32,000 bases of DNA, taken from Caldimicrobium thiodismutans (lineage in GTDB: Bacteria; Desulfobacterota; Thermodesulfobacteria; Thermodesulfobacteriales; Thermodesulfobacteriaceae). Where the stretch lies: the NCBI RefSeq assembly GCF_001548275.1, contig NZ_AP014945.1, forward strand, positions 30,001 to 62,000, in the 5' to 3' direction. Within the stretch, counting starts at the first letter, position 1; each line of letters starts with the position of its first letter. Position numbers and translations under genes: made by a program. Shown here piece by piece: positions 29,001-32,000 of the stretch. The notes beneath the pieces were generated by a model. That model worked only from the letters and a program-made list of their open reading frames with translations, searched no databases and was not told the origin of the DNA.

Positions 29001-30001
29001 TTAGCATCTCTCCTCTCATAGGCATCAATGATTTTTTGCACAATAGGATGTCTCACTACATCTTTTTTGGTAAAATAAACAAAGGTTATCCCATCAATGC
29101 CCTCAAGGAGCTCCATGGCCTCAAGAAGGCCGGATTTCTTTGGCTCAGGCAAATCAATCTGGGTCACATCTCCAGTTATAACTGCTCTTGAGCCTTGGCC
29201 AATGCGAGTTAAAAACATCTTCATCTGTTCTGTTGTAGTATTTTGAGCTTCATCCAGGATAATAAAGGCCTCATTTAGGGTTCTTCCGCGCATAAAGGCA
29301 AGGGGAGCAACCTCAATCACACCCTTTTGAAAGAGCTTCACTACTCTATCAAAGGAAAGCATATCATAAAGGGCATCATAAAGGGGTCTCAAGTATGGAT
29401 TAACCTTTTCAACAAGGTCACCAGGAAGAAATCCAAGCTTTTCTCCAGCCTCAACAGCAGGTCTTACCAAAATGATCCTATTTACCTCTCCTCTCATCAG
29501 GAAAGAAACCGCCATAGCAACAGCTAAATAGGTTTTACCTGTTCCAGCAGGACCAATTCCAAAAACAATTTCTGACCTCCTTATAGCCTCTACATAATTT
29601 TTCTGGGTTATCCCCTTAGGGGAGACAGATTTTCTTCCAGAGGTTATAAGAATGGTATCTAAGAAGATATCCTTTAAGTGGGCCTTAGGGTTTTCAAGGA
29701 GGATCCTTGAAGCATATTCTACATCTGCTGGATAAATGGTATAACCAGCTTTTATAAGGGTATAAAGCTCCTCAAGGGTCTTTTCCGTAAGATCAAGATC
29801 CTCTGGTTCTCCAGAGATAACTATATGATTACCTTTAAGGATTAACTTTACTTTAAAGGCATCCTCAAGAATTTTAAAATGACTCCCCCTTTCACCATAA
29901 AGAGAGCGCACAACTGGATAATCTTCAAAGATAAGTTCCTTGGTGTAAAGATTTTCCTGAGGGGTTACCTCAGCAACTTCACTTCTTAATTTTGCTGTCA
30001 T
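28997..30001 (-). CDS. phoH: PhoH-like ATPase (YbeZ family)
   Basis: 334 aa with Walker A GPAGTGKTYLAVA, Walker B ILDEAQN, and an N-terminal KH-like region. Confidence 0.92.
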   Translation of the reverse strand: MTAKLRSEVAEVTPQENLYTKELIFEDYPVVRSLYGERGSHFKILEDAFKVKLILKGNHIVISGEPEDLDLTEKTLEELYTLIKAGYTIYPADVEYASRILLENPKAHLKDIFLDTILITSGRKSVSPKGITQKNYVEAIRRSEIVFGIGPAGTGKTYLAVAMAVSFLMRGEVNRIILVRPAVEAGEKLGFLPGDLVEKVNPYLRPLYDALYDMLSFDRVVKLFQKGVIEVAPLAFMRGRTLNEAFIILDEAQNTTTEQMKMFLTRIGQGSRAVITGDVTQIDLPEPKKSGLLEAMELLEGIDGITFVYFTKKDVVRHPIVQKIIDAYERRDAK

Positions 30002-30270
30002 ACTATTCCCTTCCTAAGTTTTTTTCTATATGTTAGATTTTAAAAAAATTTTTTCAAGAGGTTGTTTAAGTCCCAATCTTTGGTTGAATGTGGGGGCGAA
30101 TTACTTTTTAGTTGAAACCTGCCCTGTAAATATTATTCAAAAAATAATTGACCTGGGTTGAGTGTATCTGTCTGTGGCAGGCCTGCCTTAATTAACTACC
30201 TGTATAAGTTCAGATCCTTACAAGAAAAAAGGAAGGGTGGTAAAAGAGGAATTAGATATCTATACAAGTC

Positions 30271-30351
30271 TGAAAGTAACACAGGCAATCTTGCCTGTAA
30301 AAGTAAATTACACTCCAAGGTATGAAAGTAACACAGACAAGAATGTCTGTG
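30271..30351 (+). repeat. Tandem hairpin units inside copy D (TGAAAGTAACACAG[G/A]CA...)
   Basis: Unit 1 is TGAAAGTAAC + ACAGGCAA tc TTGCCTGT. Unit 2, 52 nt later, is TGAAAGTAA + CACAGACA agaa TGTCTGTG. The same pair occurs in copy C at 25659-25742 on the opposite strand. Confidence 0.7.
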
Positions 30352-30366
30352 CTACAACATACCCCC

Positions 30367-30401
30367 AAAAAAATTCAAGGGGTATAAAATTTTAAACCCC
30401 T
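30367..30401 (-). terminator. Terminator-like palindrome + T7 inside copy D
   Basis: The minus strand reads AGGGGTTTAAAATTTTATACCCCT, then tgaaTTTTTTT. It has the same position and orientation relative to the element as in copy C. Confidence 0.4.
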
Positions 30402-30440
30402 ACTATTTAAGTCTCAAAAGATATGGACGCATACAATACA

Positions 30441-30468
30441 TTGACAAGCTTAAAAAGTCTTATATAAT
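30441..30468 (+). promoter_or_regulatory. Predicted sigma70-type promoter of bioY-purD, abutting the repeat R end
   Basis: GGACGCATACA ataca TTGACA n16 TATAAT. This is a near-consensus promoter, followed by GAGGTG and ATG 30496. Confidence 0.6.
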
Positions 30469-30495
30469 TTTAAAAAAATTTCAAAGAGGTGCCCT

Positions 30496-31083
30496 ATGCA
30501 GAAAAGAGAGGAAGTTTTTGAAATGAAGAGCCTATACCTTCAACGATTAGCTTTGATCTTTTCCTTTACCATACTTCTTGCATTACTCTCTCAGATTAGA
30601 ATTCCTCTCCCTTTTACACCTGTTCCTTTGACTCTTCAAACCCTTGGGATACTTTTCATCGGCTATTACCTGGGGGCTAAACTTGGCTTTCTCAGTGTAG
30701 CTTTTTATCTCGTTCTTGGTGCTTTAGGATTACCCTTCTTTTCAGGAGTAAAAGGGGGGCTTCTTGTTCTGAGTGGTCCAACAGGCGGTTACCTCTTTGG
30801 CTTTTTACTCAGTGTCTTTCTTGTGGGAAAGGCAAAGGAAAGGGGCTTATTAACTAAAGCGGGTTCTACCTTTCTTGTGGCTATTTTAGCCCATCTTATT
30901 ATCTACTTTTTTGGGACTCTCTGGTTTATGGCAGGTTTTTATTTCCTTGGTTTTAAGGAAACCTTGAGGGAAATTCTTGCCCTTACAGTTTTTCCCTTTC
31001 TACCTGTAGACCTAATCAAAGCCCTTATATTTACAGGATTTGTTTTTTCAGAGAGAAAATTTCGTAAGGTAGGGAGCAGATGA
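30496..31083 (+). CDS. bioY: Biotin transporter S-component BioY
   Basis: 195 aa with the BioY hallmark IPLPFTPVPLTLQTLGILFIGYYLG. GAGGTG lies 4 nt upstream of ATG 30496. An alternative start is the MKSLY Met about 27 nt downstream. Confidence 0.86.
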   Translation: MQKREEVFEMKSLYLQRLALIFSFTILLALLSQIRIPLPFTPVPLTLQTLGILFIGYYLGAKLGFLSVAFYLVLGALGLPFFSGVKGGLLVLSGPTGGYLFGFLLSVFLVGKAKERGLLTKAGSTFLVAILAHLIIYFFGTLWFMAGFYFLGFKETLREILALTVFPFLPVDLIKALIFTGFVFSERKFRKVGSR

Positions 31084-32000
31084 AGGTTCTTGTTCTTGGT
31101 TCCGGTGGGAGGGAACACGCCCTCTGCTATGTCCTTGCCAGGAGTTCTCTTCTTAAAAAGTTATACTGCCTTCCTGGGAATGGAGGAATTTCTGAGATAG
31201 CTGAGATTCCTCAAGGGCTTACGCTTACAGATTTTGAGGGAATTAAAGAGTTTTGCCTCAAAGAGAAGATAGATCTTGTTATCCCCGGTCCTGAAGACCC
31301 CCTTGTAAGAGGAATACGGGATTATCTGCAAAGAGAAAATATTTCAGTCTTTGGTCCAGATAAGTATACAGCTCAACTTGAGGGTAGTAAGGCCTTTGCT
31401 AAAGGGATCATGGAAAAGGCGGGTGTTCCAACAGCAGATTTTAAAGTCTTTGAGGATTACAATGAAGCTTTAGAATATCTTAGGAAAAAAGGGGCTCCTG
31501 TGGTTATTAAAGCAGATGGACTTTGTGCTGGAAAAGGTGTCTTTGTCTGTGATACAGAAGCTGAAGCTAAATCTGCCCTTGAAAAAATTTTCATTGAAAG
31601 GATTTTTGGAGAAGCAGGCTCAAAAGTAGTTATAGAGGATAAATTGGAAGGGGAAGAGGCCTCCTATATTGTCATAACAGATGGAGAGAATTTTAAGGCC
31701 CTACCTACCTCGCAGGATCATAAAAGACTGCTTGATAATGATGAAGGGCCAAATACAGGTGGAATGGGTGCTTATTCACCAGCTCCTTTAATTAATGAAG
31801 ATTTGAGAAAAAAGATTGAGGAGAGAGTTATTGCACCAGTCCTACGGGTTTTAAAAGAAGAGGGACATCCCTATCTCGGCTTTCTTTATGCTGGGCTTAT
31901 GATCTCCAAGGGTGAACCCTATGTGCTTGAATTTAACTGTCGCCTTGGAGACCCAGAAACCCAGGCTATTCTGCCAAGAATTGAGGGAGATTTTCTTGAA
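31080..32000 (+). CDS. purD: Phosphoribosylamine--glycine ligase PurD (5' part; continues past the window)
   Basis: Not in the ORF track because it is open-ended. My translation from ATG 31080, which overlaps the bioY TGA as ATGA, reads MKVLVLGSGGREHALCYVLARSS... and later ...VIKADGLCAGKGV.... This is a classic PurD sequence. Confidence 0.93.
   Translation, partial: MKVLVLGSGGREHALCYVLARSSLLKKLYCLPGNGGISEIAEIPQGLTLTDFEGIKEFCLKEKIDLVIPGPEDPLVRGIRDYLQRENISVFGPDKYTAQLEGSKAFAKGIMEKAGVPTADFKVFEDYNEALEYLRKKGAPVVIKADGLCAGKGVFVCDTEAEAKSALEKIFIERIFGEAGSKVVIEDKLEGEEASYIVITDGENFKALPTSQDHKRLLDNDEGPNTGGMGAYSPAPLINEDLRKKIEERVIAPVLRVLKEEGHPYLGFLYAGLMISKGEPYVLEFNCRLGDPETQAILPRIEGDFLE

Larger units (their letters stand above)
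30201..30435 (+). repeat. TIR-bounded intergenic repeat (MITE-like), copy D; 235-bp form
   Basis: The L TIR is TGTATAAGTTCAGATCCTTACAAG at 30201 and the R TIR is CAAAAGATATGGACGCATACA ending at 30435. The interior has hairpins at 30281-30298 and 30332-30351 and a palindrome at 30378-30401. Confidence 0.8.

Noticed and set aside
30271-30351. Mini CRISPR array (two about 28-nt hairpin-forming repeats separated by a 24-nt spacer)
   Set aside because: There are only two units and they are not identical. The same 'spacer' is conserved in copy C. No cas genes or leader are present, and the units are part of the dispersed repeat.
25482-30435. Composite transposon or genomic island carrying the six genes between copies C and D
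   Set aside because: The cargo consists of core housekeeping genes (phoH, yggT, yggU, rRNA methyltransferase and others). There is no transposase, integrase, or tRNA/att site, and the composition looks like the rest of the window. Only the inversion-substrate idea is retained as a finding.

Overview
AT-rich bacterial chromosomal window, densely packed with housekeeping genes. The host looks like a diderm bacterium (kdsB, hldD, lnt, bamE-like, ampG) and probably a thermophile, judging by the E/K-rich proteins; I cannot assign a taxon. I call 33 protein-coding genes, two of them tiny unlisted ORFs. The main units are: a tight infB-DUF503-rbfA-nrnA-truB operon; kdsB-memo-gltX; trpS; ligA; hldD-corC-lnt; ampG; an M50 protease with ctp; bamE-like-pcm-TIGR00725; a pilB-like ATPase with a beta-CASP hydrolase and a pseudouridine synthase; a six-gene phoH...rsmB-like operon; and bioY-purD. 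I recognised no rRNA, tRNA, CRISPR/cas, transposase, integrase or defence gene. The unusual content is in the spacers. Five of the seven intergenic regions longer than 100 bp each carry one copy of a single repeat family. The family is bounded by terminal inverted repeats (consensus TGTATAAGTYCATATCYTT ... AAAAGATATGGACTTATACA) and copies range from 141 to 398 bp (A 12186-12583, E 16104-16302, B 19681-19821, C 25482-25822, D 30201-30435). In all five copies the same (R) end lies 5-7 nt upstream of a sigma70-like -35/-10 pair that faces the adjacent gene (ligA, hldD, bamE-like, pilB-like, bioY). Copies C and D are inverted relative to each other and bracket the whole 4.4-kb phoH...rsmB-like operon. 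The long copies contain two tandem hairpins that differ by a compensatory G:C to A:T change, and a 24-bp perfect palindrome followed by a T-run. Copy A contains an inverted-repeat-bounded insert with a strong promoter, a strong Shine-Dalgarno (SD) site and a 20-codon ORF. Secondary observations: a perfectly SD-led 29-codon membrane ORF upstream of trpS whose UGA stop is followed by 28 in-frame sense codons; an Fe-S-type Cys motif in TrpRS; a ferredoxin-like Cys tail on a molybdopterin-binding-domain protein; three candidate leaderless genes; and three convergent gene pairs with overlapping 3' ends. All of this rests on reading the sequence by eye. No searches or RNA folding were run.
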